Assembly: GCA_951406725.2 (NCBI GenBank)
Contig: OX597815.1
Location: 209,870,001-209,934,000, forward strand
Length of the DNA: 64,000 nucleotides
Reading direction: 5' to 3'
Origin: Octopus vulgaris
Taxonomy: Eukaryota
How positions within the stretch are numbered: the stretch's first letter is position 1; every line of letters starts with the position of its first letter. This document shows, in pieces, positions 53,279-64,000 of the stretch. A program made the position numbers and the translations under genes. The notes below the pieces were generated by a model. That model saw only the letters and a list, made by a program, of their open reading frames with translations. It was not told where the DNA came from and made no database searches.

Positions 53279-54365
53279 GGTTCTAGGTCAACTGCTCGAC
53301 GAGTATTTGTCCGACGGACATTTCCCCGATGGACAACTGCCCGGCGGACATAAGCGCGACGGACAACTGTCTGACACAGATCTGCCCGATAGGGACAACT
53401 TCCCGATAGATATCTACCCGACAGACACTTTCACTTCGTCTGTATCTGCCATTCATCTCACTTTATCTGTCATTTGGGCGAATCTTTGAGCAATAACAAG
53501 AAAATATGTGCCATGAATCAGATCCAATCATTGATTACTTTGAAAATGCCTATATCTGTAGAATACGAGGCGTAAGAGAGGCAACCAATGCTTTCCTATT
53601 TGTATGTGGAACGTATATGACCGCATGTGCTATGATTTACCACGAACAATGAATCCCTTGGAGGTATGGCCTAACCATTTACAAGGGAATATAACGTCAA
53701 GTCATCCAAATATCTGGCGTTTTCACCAGGCATTGAAGACGGAACAAGCACTTAACGACACGACCAACCAAACGTTGACAGGACACCAGCCTTCACCCCA
53801 AAAGGAAAAAAAAATATCAAGATTTAATGAAAAGAATTGCAAATATTGTGGAGGATTATGAAAATCGAGAAGTGATGGACTTTTTTAGGGAAATAGCTCA
53901 TGACTTAAAGTTTTAGTTATTTTTACTATTTTCCGAATTACATTATTGTTCGTGATATTGATAAATTATCTGTAAATGATATCATGAAATTCAATGCATT
54001 TTCTTAATTTTTGTTGTTAAAGTTCTACCTCGGTTTCCCCAAATAAAACAAATTCAACTGTCCGACCATCAGTCGGACAGTTGTCCGGATACCGTTTCTT
54101 AATGCCAAGAATTTACCGTTGAAAAAATGTATTATCTTTTTAAATGTTACATTTTGACAAAGGCGTTTATTATAATTTCGGTTTAGTTAATTTTAATATT
54201 TTTATATTTTAGTTTCAATTTACTTTAAAATTATCGGGCAGTTGTCATTGTGGCAGTTGTATTTGTCGCGCATTTCTCCATCTCGCGGTTGACAGTTGGG
54301 CAATTGTCCGTCGGGCATTTGACCGTCAGGCACTTGACCATCAGTCGGACAGTTGTCCGGATACC
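53279..54365 (+). mobile_element. Mutator-like (MULE) element remnant with subrepeat-built TIRs and a 9-bp TSD
   Basis: TSD GTTTCTTAA at 53270-53278 and 54366-54374. Left GGTTCTAGGTCAACTGCTCGAC vs right (reverse complement) GGTATCCGGACAACTGTCCGAC. ~15-bp GACGGACAACTG-type subunits occur at both ends. Confidence 0.85.
53500..53920 (+). pseudogene. MULE transposase C-terminal fragment, frameshifted
   Basis: IDYFENAYI...WNVYDR...LPRTMNPLEVW..L...HPNIWRF..ALKTEQ matches the PRTNNxxExxH/HPNIW region of MULE transposases. Confidence 0.8.
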
Positions 54366-54653
54366 GTTTCTTAATGCCAAGAACATACGAGCTCCTTGTG
54401 TTGTGCACCGTCCTTATAGCAAAGTAGTAGATACTTTGAATTCTCATTAATGGTCAGGTAGTCAACCTACTTTACTATGACGGACAAGAGGAGCTTGGTT
54501 ACAGTATTCGCAAAAGAAATTAACAAGTCTTCCCGCTCACAATTTGCTGTGCTATGAGAATAAGGTTATCAACTTAGTGAAGGTCAGAAAGATACAAATT
54601 CTACTAGGGATTTAATTGCTTCATCTTGATGGTGAGACAGTTGACTTGCATGT

Positions 54654-54757
54654 AGTATGTGGAACGTATATGACCGCATATGCTATGATTTACCACGAAC
54701 AATTAATTCCTTGGAGGTATGGCATAATCATTTACAAGCGAATATAAAGTCAAGTCA
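54654..54757 (+). repeat. Local duplicate of MULE transposase segment 53601-53705
   Basis: GTATGTGGAACGTATATGACCGCAT...GTCAAGTCA is present twice with few mismatches. Confidence 0.9.
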
Positions 54758-54784
54758 GCAACCTAGAAGTAAATGTAATACTTA

Positions 54785-54926
54785 TTTCTATTAGAGGCGC
54801 AAAACCTGAAATTTTATGGGAGGGATAAATCTATTGCATTGACTTCAATATTTGGATGTAAGGCAAAGTCGACCTCAGCGGAATTTGAACTCAGAACGTA
54901 GAGACGGATGAAATACTCCTAAGTAT
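54785..54926 (-). mobile_element. SINE family B fragment
   Basis: AAGGCAAAGTCGACCTCAGCGGAATTTGAACTCAGAACGTA is the reverse complement of the family B core. Confidence 0.75.
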
Positions 54927-56759
54927 TAACTAAAATGACTCCTAGGTATTGAAAGCTGCTAATGTAATGCAGATTTCGTACGGTACTCCCTGTTGAATTA
55001 TGTTGGTTCTATTACGATATGACGCAACGTTCTCTCATCACTAATTTCGTTACATTACAATAAATATTTGCATGAGGATATCTGACTGATTCACCAGTTA
55101 TACTTCAATGTGTGCTGGATGAAACTTTGACATTCATCATTAATAGTTAAAAAGTAAAGAACGTGGAACAATGAGAAAGGATACGCATATATGTAAATAC
55201 AACACCAATAACGTTTGCTTCAGTTTTGAAACTGTTTTCGGAAATATGCATCTATTGAGTCAACTTCCGTTTGACTTTTTAGGTATGCATTTTTAGCTTT
55301 TCCTACTAAACCAGGCTCTTAAAAGCCATCAGTAACAGTGAAAACATATAAGAAAAGACAGGAAAACAACACATGATGCTTTGCAGATGTTATATTGATA
55401 GATTTCATCAGGTTTCAATTACTAAATAGTTTTGTCTGCAATATCAATATTCCGCAGTTGGCTTTGATATCTTTTCTGTATGAAGGTAACATCTTCGCTA
55501 AATATTCAGTAATCTATTCTCCTTATCTACAAGGATACTCAGGAAGCAACCAAGATTAGCAAGCCGCTTATCTTATATCCACCCAGATTGCTTGCTAAAA
55601 GGTATGAATCCTGCTTTCTTAATGCTACTAATTATCCAGCGATTATATATTCAAACCAACACATTTAAATGAATAACTAACTAGAGAATGTCATTCGCAT
55701 GAAGCATAAAACTAAAGTTAGTATTGACATATTTATTTCAGAAAAGAACTAGAAAATCTAAATAGAAATAATTATGTGGCGAGCATAAAACAATTATAAT
55801 CAATGAATAATATAATTTTAATTAGGTGAGCCATTTCAGTAAATTACTCTGGACTCCAGACATGTTTCTATTTTTTAATGACATAAAAAGTGGCGTATAA
55901 ACAAATATAGTGGGAAAAAATACGATCATTTACATTTAGCTCTTTTTATATTTTCCCTGCGTCAAGTAACATCAACATCTTTGAGATTTTTTAATATACT
56001 AAATAATTATTTTTCTGAACGACAATAAATGCAATCTATTCTCCATTTAGACAGGGATTATTTAATTGGTAAATGTAGTGAAGCTCTGGCTTCACTGAGG
56101 AGGTTATAATAAAACATAAGAAGCGTATATTTAGATCTCACAAGTCCTTTCTAAAAGAAAATAATAGGAGCCATCAATTAATTATTGTTTTCAGCCATGA
56201 CATAGTCGTTTCTAGTAAATTTTTAAAAATCCTTGTATCAATAATTCAACATTAACTGAAGAAGTTTAAATGATTGATATTACGTCTAATACGCCTCAGA
56301 CGTAATATTCTTAAATGTGTCGTATTTCGTCTGAATCATGTCCCATAATCCTACGATACTGTCTGACATTTTCTCACTATCACTTCATATACAATATACG
56401 CATGGATTTCACATTTCTGTATAGTAATTTTACAAAATAATTCATGCTTTCGTTTTTTTTATATCCAGAGTAAATTATTTTTTTCTTGAAGGCATAAAAA
56501 AGTAACTGTCATATTAGTTCAAATTTCTGCTAACATTTATTTCTATATAGAATTTCTTTCAGAATACAACGAAATATGTCAGATATGATGCATTTAGACA
56601 AATATATCATAAGCATTTGCCCTCTACTTACAATTTCATTTAGCTCACCACTTAAAACCATCTTTTCTACTCAAGATAAATCACTATTTTAGGTGGAGCC
56701 ACTTCTTTGTGTAAATCGTTTATGCGAGTTTCCTATTTCATAATATACACTCTTTTTAC

Positions 56760-58045
56760 ATTTTTATTTATTATTTTTCTTTAACATTTATATACAGATT
56801 TCACAAAACGGAGATAAACATAACTGTCTTTATGCAACGTACTTCAAATTACTCCAATAAATACAAATTCTCAACGACTCCCACGACTCCTGCGACTTCT
56901 GATTTCTTTTATTAGGCACAAGGCCTCAATATAGAAAGGACGAAAACAAAACAGAGAAAGCAATACATTGGGGTACATAAAACACATATCGAATGAATTA
57001 TGGGTGTAATGAAAATGAGAATGAAATGGCTTTCCTACCCCACAAAGCAAGTGGTTCCATTTTACTGTTTTTGTCTCACATATTAACATTAGAGTTCATT
57101 ATTCTTATTTTACATTGTTTTTTTTTTTGTTTTAAAAGTCATTATTTTAAGTATTTCACTTACTTTCATGGTGCATATTGTATTATATCTTCAAATGCCA
57201 CCACTGCTGGCATCTCGTCGTATCGAACCTGTAACGGCGGTATTTCAATTTGTTCCCCAAATAGCTCTTTTAACCTTTCATATCTGTCCCTCTCGACCAC
57301 GACCGCCCTGTCTTTCTCCGTATTTTCCCTCTCTCATAACTTGATTCTAATTGCATTTTTCACTTTTGTAATCTTTCTCTCGATCTTTACACTCTTTTTA
57401 TAGTTTACCATCGTTCGACTGTGTTTTCCTTTTGTTACCAATTCCCATTTTCCATCGTTATTCTCTCCTGATGTTCCTGGTATTGGTCTCTCATCCCTCT
57501 CTGTATATCTCATATCTCCTTGTTGCCGCTGTCTCTTTTCTCTCTTCCTTTCCTTTCTGCGCACTTCTCTCTTCCTCCTCTGTAATTTTCTTTTTTTGGT
57601 ATCTCTGGTCTTTCGCATTGATTCTCCTCTATATTTTCTTTTCACTTTTTCTGTGGACTTTTGGATGGTGAATTACCATTTCCTTCTCTTTTCTTCTTTC
57701 TTTTTCCAACTCTGTACCTTTCTCCTACATTTTCTATATTTTCGTTTACTTGCGTTTGTACCTCTGCATTTTGTTCCTTTTTTTTTTCTTCCTGCTTCTC
57801 TTGTTCTACTTCCTTTTCTTGTTGCTGCGGACACCTCCTTGCTTTCATGTGTCCCCTTATTCCGCAAAGAAAACATACAGATAGTCTTCCTTCCACCACT
57901 ACCTTCGTTCGGCAGTATCAGTTCCTCCGCAATCGTATGGAGGTCTGGCAGACTTATTTGGACCAGAACATCCAGCCCATACACTTATTGGTTCACCTTT
58001 GTTGTTCTGGATATTTCTATTATCTCAGTGTCTACCTCTGAGTTG
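56760..58045 (-). mobile_element. Degenerate non-LTR ORF1 (gag-like, zinc knuckle) followed by a UTR and A-rich end; no ORF2 seen
   Basis: VEGRLSVCFLCGIRGHMKARRC (near CX2CX4HX4C), then a K/E-rich segment. The frame ends ...AFEDIIQYAP* at ~57166, followed by ~400 bp non-coding. Confidence 0.65.
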
Positions 58046-58062
58046 AGTGAATGTTGCAGTTG

Positions 58063-58295
58063 ATGTGTGTTTATTGAACGAAAACACCTAAAGCTCCACG
58101 ACGCTCCGGCAGAGGGTGGTGGTGATCCCTGCCGTACTCTTTCGCCACAACTTTCTCTCACTCTTTCTTCTGTTGGCCTGCTCGCTTAGCCAGCGGGGTG
58201 GCGTCATTTGAAGGCTAAAACAATGCGAAGTGCATTGTGACCAGCGATGTGTAGCAACATCTGATAGCCTGGTCGGTCACAGTGATCACGGTGAT
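58063..58295 (+). mobile_element. SINE family C, 5'-truncated, third tail type
   Basis: GAAAACACCTAAAGCTCCACGA..CTCCGG...CGCCACAACTTTCTCTCACTCTTTCTT is shared with 36403; the 3' part differs. Confidence 0.8.
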
Positions 58296-58454
58296 ATTGG
58301 GAACTATACTATAATTGATGAGCACGTACAGAAAGTGTAAATATTAATTTATACAATTTACACACACACGCACACACACATGAATTTTTTTCGAAAAAGT
58401 TTCTTTTTAAACAATTGCTTAGAAGTGCTCAGGTCGAACCCGAGACATTAGACA

Positions 58455-58923
58455 TTATACAATTTGGTTTTAAGAGACAAAAATTTAGATAACCATTCTA
58501 TAGTTATGATCTACATCAACATAATAAATACATATAACATAAAATTACAGCAAGACAAGGAACATAAGAATTACATGAGTTAAAGATATACGTGAAAAGG
58601 ATAAATAAATAATGGTTGAAAGATCTATTGAAAATCATATTAAATTTAAGGACGAAAAGTTGTCAGATACATCGGCGGTAGTAAGAAATCCTAATCATGG
58701 GTTTAAAAACTTAGAGGAGTTCCGAAGAATATATCAACCTTTATATATTTATCCTTTTCACGTATACCTTTGCCTCATATAATTATCATTTCTTTTCTCA
58801 ACGATATATAAATATGTTCCTTGTCTTGCTTTAATTTTATATTTATATTTTATACTGATGTAAATCATAACTATAGAATGAGTATCTAAATTTTTGTCTC
58901 TTCTTAAACCAAGTTATATATAA
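58455..58923. mobile_element. Fold-back element, arms ~58455-58619 and ~58734-58923
   Basis: GAGACAAAAATTTAGATA..CATTCTATAGTTATGAT vs ATCATAACTATAGAATG..TATCTAAATTTTTGTCTC; ATACGTGAAAAGGATAAATA vs TATTTATCCTTTTCACGTAT. Confidence 0.8.
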
Positions 58924-59097
58924 TATATATTTATACAAAAGGCACAGGTATAGACTTCACTAAAGTGACTGGAGGTAATAGTGCTCAGTAGCATTATTAA
59001 TCATCTTAGTGACATCTATACTTGTGCCTTTTGGTTGTAAATTGTGAAAAAGCCACCTTAATAACAACAAGAACAACAATATATATATATATATATA

Positions 59098-59820
59098 TAA
59101 ATTCAAAAAACGGAACAAGAACGTAACGGCGACAATAAAAACATACGGACAGATGGACGATACAAAGACGGACAGGAACACTAGGATGGAATATCCGTGG
59201 TTGTCTATTCCTCTGTCAAGCTTCCAATCATCGTTACAGTTTCGGCTTGTTACACTTAGACTGTTCAAAATTGGTAGGTCCCAAAAATCTAAGGTGAAGG
59301 CATTAAATTTTTGGACGAAAGCGAGCGAATATGGGCGACAACACGACGACAAAAAAAAACGAAAAAACGGAGAAAATGTTACGCGATTATTAATACAAAC
59401 AACAAGAATGACAACAAAAAATATACGAAAATGTAGGTAAGGATATAACAGTTGGGTATAATCTAATATCAGGACTTCGAACAACGTGTGTAGTAATTTA
59501 GTGAATGAAAGAACATATTGATCATTTACATGTGATTTCCGTAGACCCAGACTCAACTCTTCAGTATGCAGTGACTCTGCAGGCAGTACCTTGGTAATTG
59601 AAGGGTTTGACTTGTCACCAGTTGTAACTTAGATACGGAAGACCCGCGTTGTTATGGGTGGATGACATTACTGTAATTATATCGGGTATTAAGTAAGTCT
59701 CAGTAGTTCACACGTTCCTGAGTCATTACAGACTCAAAAGATTAATGCGCCAAAACTTGGAGATGCGGAGAAGCAATTCGACGCTGCTGGCTAAAGTCCT
59801 GGAATGTCTCACCTGTTAAT
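59098..59820 (-). mobile_element. Old PLE-like 3' fragment related to 2980-3822, with a possible GIY-YIG remnant
   Basis: 59100-59420 aligns by eye to the reverse complement of 3530-3815 (TTTCGGCT.GTTA, AAAACGGAGAAA.TGTTAC). Minus 59760-59806 reads TGET/SRTLA across a frameshift. Confidence 0.4.
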
Positions 59821-60647
59821 TTGCTTGTCGCTTGGCTTGGTCTGAGACTCTATGAAAAACTTGGGCGACATTACGAGCAATAGTCTTAGTATAGGATAGT
59901 CTGAGAAGAGCAATATTGTTTTTGTTTTGGGAAAAAAAGTAGATCGGGGAGCAGTGGCAAAACCATACATCATGATAGCAGCTGGTCTCAAAGGAATGAA
60001 GTATTTACCTTAGAGCAAGTAAGGAGGAATGTGCCATTCTAGCGTTTCGCTAAGTCCTGGTGGGGTGGATTTTCAAAGTCTCTCAAAGGAACAGACGATG
60101 TAAGATATCGTTTGATATGAAAGTAACCTTCACAGCAAAGGACGAGCAGTGGATGTGCGCTGATGTGACATAAAATTTCATGTGGTCGGCACAAGTTTCT
60201 AGGAACCTGCAACTTCTCATTTCTCCTGAAGAAGAATAAGCAATCAAGCTGGAATGTTACATGCTGAGTAGAAATAGAAAATAATTGGTGTTGTAGTAAA
60301 GATTAGTGTTACAGTGAAGAATGTCTTTCTGTGAAACATGCAACATTAAGCTGCAGTAGGTGTCTCGAAATCCATTAGAACCATCCTAATAAGGTAATAG
60401 AGAAAACGCACCACAGCAGAATTTACAGCTTCTAGGGAATCAACAGTTGTATAACCTCATGATACGTAGAGGAAATGATGTTGTTCACTGTGCTAAATAT
60501 ATTCACATTTGTGAGGTACTTTAACGAAACCCAAATGAAGGATCCTCACTCACGTTTGAGTGGGTTCTCTATATTTTTTTTTATATTTATGCCATTTCAT
60601 CTACACACGCTCGCCCGTTTATGGAATATTTAAAAATTCATTTTCAT

Positions 60648-60880
60648 GAAGGAGGCGAGCTGGCAGAAACGTCAGCACGCCGGGCGAAATGCGTAGCCGT
60701 ATTTCGTCTGCCGTTACGTTGTGAGTTCAAATTCCACCGAGGTCGACTTTGCCTTTCATACTTTCGGGGTCGATAAATTAAGTACCAGTTACGCACTGGG
60801 GTCGATATAATCGACTTAATCCGTTTGTCTGTCCTTGTTTGTCCCCTCTATGTTTAGCCCCTTGTGGGTAGTAAAGAAAT
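60648..60880 (+). mobile_element. SINE family B, tail type 1, perfect 22-bp TSD
   Basis: ATATTTAAAAATTCATTTTCAT at 60626-60647 and 60881-60902. Confidence 0.92.
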
Positions 60881-60902
60881 ATATTTAAAAATTCATTTTC
60901 AT

Positions 60903-61090
60903 CACGACGCAAGAGAATGAGTTGGTAACATTATTATTACGTCTTTACGTTCAAATTTCACCGAATTCGACTTCATCTTTCATCCTTTCGGGGACGATGA
61001 AATCAATATCGCTCGAGTACTAGGGTCAATGTAATCTTGTTGGTCCTCCCCACAAAATTTCAGGTCCTGTGTCTATAATATGAAAACTTA
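60903..61090 (+). mobile_element. Older SINE family B copy, tail type 2
   Basis: TTCAAATTTCACCGAATTCGACTTCATCTTTCATCCTTTCGGGG...CCCCACAAAATTTCAGG, then ATT repeats. Confidence 0.7.
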
Positions 61091-61847
61091 TTATTATTAA
61101 TATTGTTGTTGTTATTGTTGCCGTGGTCGTCATCGTAATGATAGTCATCATCGCTGTCGTCGTTGTTGTTATTCACAGTTTTAAATAAGTTAAAATCACA
61201 TTGCTTTTTTCTTTATAAAATATATCTTCATATAATTTAATTTCTTCCACTGTTGTTATTTTGTGTAATATTTTCCGTCGTGTTTTCAGTGAAATTTCAA
61301 AACATTCTAGGTTATAATGCTGTGCCTAAGAATACTATATTGTGTTGAATGTATAGATGTAAGCTGCCTGCAGTTTTACGTGTGTTCTTTTTTATGGTGA
61401 ACTATCTATATTTGCGGAAATAAAATGAGAACAAATTTTAAAATTTATCCGCTCCATATACTTCATACATTTGTGAGAAACATCTCAGTCTCCTAAAGAG
61501 CAATGTTTTTCCAGACAAAATTTCTATAGAGATATATTAGAATTCTTTCATATTCAGTTTTTAATGTATCGATGCTTTAGTCTGATATTCCATTTTGTTT
61601 GCGCAGTCACAGCCCAGTGTTCACTGGTCGCTGCATCCGACAGAATGTTTTTGCTTCGCATTGACCAAACAATATAACTTATCTACTTTGCGTATACTTT
61701 GAGATAGGTAAGGACAAGTTAACGCGAAACAAAGTGGTCAATTCTCTCCTAATGCTCACTGCATAATCTTCATTTTATTTATTTATTTGTTTGCATTGAT
61801 TTAAATTTTTCAACTAGTTTCCGAAGTTTGAATTGTTTCGGTACATT

Positions 61848-62228
61848 AGCACTCCGTCGGTTATGACGACGAGGGTTCCGGTTGATCGGAATCAACGGAA
61901 CAGCCTGCTCGTGAAATTAACGTGTAAATGTCTGAGCACTCCACAGACACGTGTACCCTTAACGTAGTTCTCGGGGATATTCAGCGTGACACAGAGAGTG
62001 ACAAGGCCGGCCCTTTGAAATACAGGTACAACAGAAACAGGAAGTAAGAGTGAGAGAAATTTGTGGTGAAAGAGTACAGCAGGGATCGCCACCATCCCCT
62101 GCCGGAGCCTCGTGGAGCTTTAGGTGTTTTCGCTCAATAAACACTCACAACGCCCGGTCTGGGAATCGAAGCCGCGATCCTATGACTGCGAGTCCGCTGC
62201 CCTAACCACTGGGCCATTGCGACTCCAC
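61848..62228 (-). mobile_element. SINE family C, second tail type
   Basis: Head and body are the reverse complement of 36403-36595; the 3' ~190 bp are unrelated. Confidence 0.88.
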
Positions 62229-62327
62229 GGTTTTGGTATATAGACCGCTAATGACTTGCTAAATCCGTCTCTATTGACATTTATTCCAAGCTTTTATGGT
62301 CATGTGGATATTTACATCTCCTTAATA

Positions 62328-62552
62328 CTCTCTCTATTTACTCTTTTACTTGTTTCAGTCATTTGACTGCGGCCATGCTGGAGCACCGCCATTTAATCGA
62401 GCAACTCGACCCGGGGTATTATTCTTTTGTAAGCCCAGTACTTATTCTATCGGTCTCTTTTGCCTAACCGCTAAGTAACGGGGACATAAACACACCAGCA
62501 TCGGTTGTCAATCAATACTAGGGGGACAAACACAGACACAAACACACACACA

Positions 62553-62606
<54 letters not shown>

Positions 62607-62769
62607 TACGACGGGCTTCTTTCAGTTTCCGTCTACCAAATCCACTCACAAGGCATTGGTCGGCCCGGGGCTATAGAAGACATTTGCCGAAGAGGCCACG
62701 CAGTGGGACTGAACCCGAAACCATGTGGTTGGTTAGCAAGCTACTTACCACACAGCCACTCCAGCGCCT
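62328..62769 (-). mobile_element. SINE family A
   Basis: Full-length reverse-complement copy. Confidence 0.92.
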
Positions 62770-62874
62770 TTTTTAATCATGCCTTTTTTTTCACTTTCTC
62801 TCCTGTTCTTGTTTTTATGCCTGAATATTTCCCATGTGGAGGCTGAGTTTATCTGTAATATATCATTTTTTATT

Positions 62875-62933
62875 CTTCTATCCTTTTATTTGTTTCACTC
62901 ATTTGACTGCGGCCATGCTGAAGCACCGCCTTG
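62875..62933 (-). mobile_element. SINE family A 3' fragment
   Basis: TTGTTTCACTCATTTGACTGCGGCCATGCTGAAGCACCGCC. Confidence 0.75.
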
Positions 62934-63159
62934 AATATGCTGCCATTGATGTTTGGTCCCTGATCCACTGTGTACATGATTAAAAGCGTTCAAACTATGA
63001 CTTCCCTGATATAAGAAATTTTCTGATTCCCATGGCGGCAGGATTTAATATGATGAAAAATTAATGGTTACTCCTGCCATACTTGGCAATCGAGTAAAGG
63101 GCTCCTCACAGACACATAAGCTTGAAATATTGGCATAAAGCCATGGATTTTAAATGAGA

Positions 63160-63330
63160 TGGGGAAGGTTATCACATGAAGCTCAGTAGTTAACTGGTAC
63201 GTATTTTGTCAACCCCGAAAGAATAGATGACCACCTCTGTGGAATTTAAACTAAGAACATAAGGGAGTGGAAGATATGCTGCTAATCATTTTGTCTGATG
63301 CGCTAACGATTCTGCCATCACGCTGTCGTC
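63160..63330 (-). mobile_element. Old SINE family B copy
   Basis: AACTGGTACGTATTTTGTCAACCCCGAAAG...CGCTAACGATTCTGCCA. Confidence 0.6.
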
Positions 63331-64000
63331 TGCAAACCTATAATAAACATATCTTACACGTGAGTATTGCAAATTGATCTCGCATTCATTTATTGTTTCA
63401 TCCGTTTCATGGCCATGAGTCAAGTACTGTACATTCCAATTGATAATAATCATTCAGCACGGGCATGGATTTCGTTTAGCTGTTTTTTGTTTTCCGTTTT
63501 GTTCTTCCTATTTTGATAAGATTGGATTCAAACACCGCAACAATAAATTAATTAGATTACTTTTGTTGGCTGTTTCTTAAGTATAGATTTCTTTTCTGCA
63601 ATATTGGCTAAACTTTAATATTCTCCAGTTATTCTTTTGTCTATTAGCTGATGGATGATTACAGTACAATAAACTGGGAACTTCATAAGACAAATGAGTG
63701 GCATCTAATACGTGTTTTTACCTAGAGCTCTTCCAAGTAAAATTTGCGTTCTTTTACTTTTTCTTTCGTTTCTTCTTTTATATAGATTAATTTTCCCGAA
63801 AATTACTTGATATCAAACGCCCGAGACATTGTTGGCTTCCATTTCGTTTTGTTGTCTTTTTTCTTGATCATTTTCTATTTCATTTTGCACCTTTTCGTTA
63901 TTATTTCTGCCAATATTTACCTATATTATTTGTCATTAATATTTTAAGTATTTGCATGAAATAGAAACGTTGATATTTTTGTAGTAACTTTCCAACATAT

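Noticed and set aside
53290-54365. ~15-bp GACGGACA repeats superficially like a CRISPR array
   Set aside because: Eukaryotic context, no unique spacers, and the repeats are inverted between the two ends; they are MULE TIR subunits.

Overview
This is AT-rich, microsatellite-dense eukaryotic non-coding DNA. The tRNA-derived SINE families and repeat load point to an octopus or other coleoid cephalopod (inference). I cannot support any intact host gene, and almost all listed ORFs are translations of simple repeats. The window is a mosaic of mobile DNA: (i) four tRNA-headed SINE families; (ii) R4/Dong-type non-LTR fragments plus a probable non-autonomous partner, all in (ATT/AAT)n tracts; (iii) an L1/Tx1-like 3' end and an apparent ORF1-only retroelement; (iv) three complete-looking Helitrons and a 3' fragment; (v) a MULE remnant with a 9-bp TSD; (vi) a hAT end. 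The most interesting signal is a set of short, non-coding fold-back (inverted-repeat) elements in (TA)n microsatellites that carry Penelope-type minimal hammerhead ribozyme motifs. These include a ~97%-identical 228-bp inverted pair with two intact cores (25482-25985) and a separate core with a compensated A3-U8 variant (31523-31557). All calls come from reading the sequence; no searches or folding programs were run.
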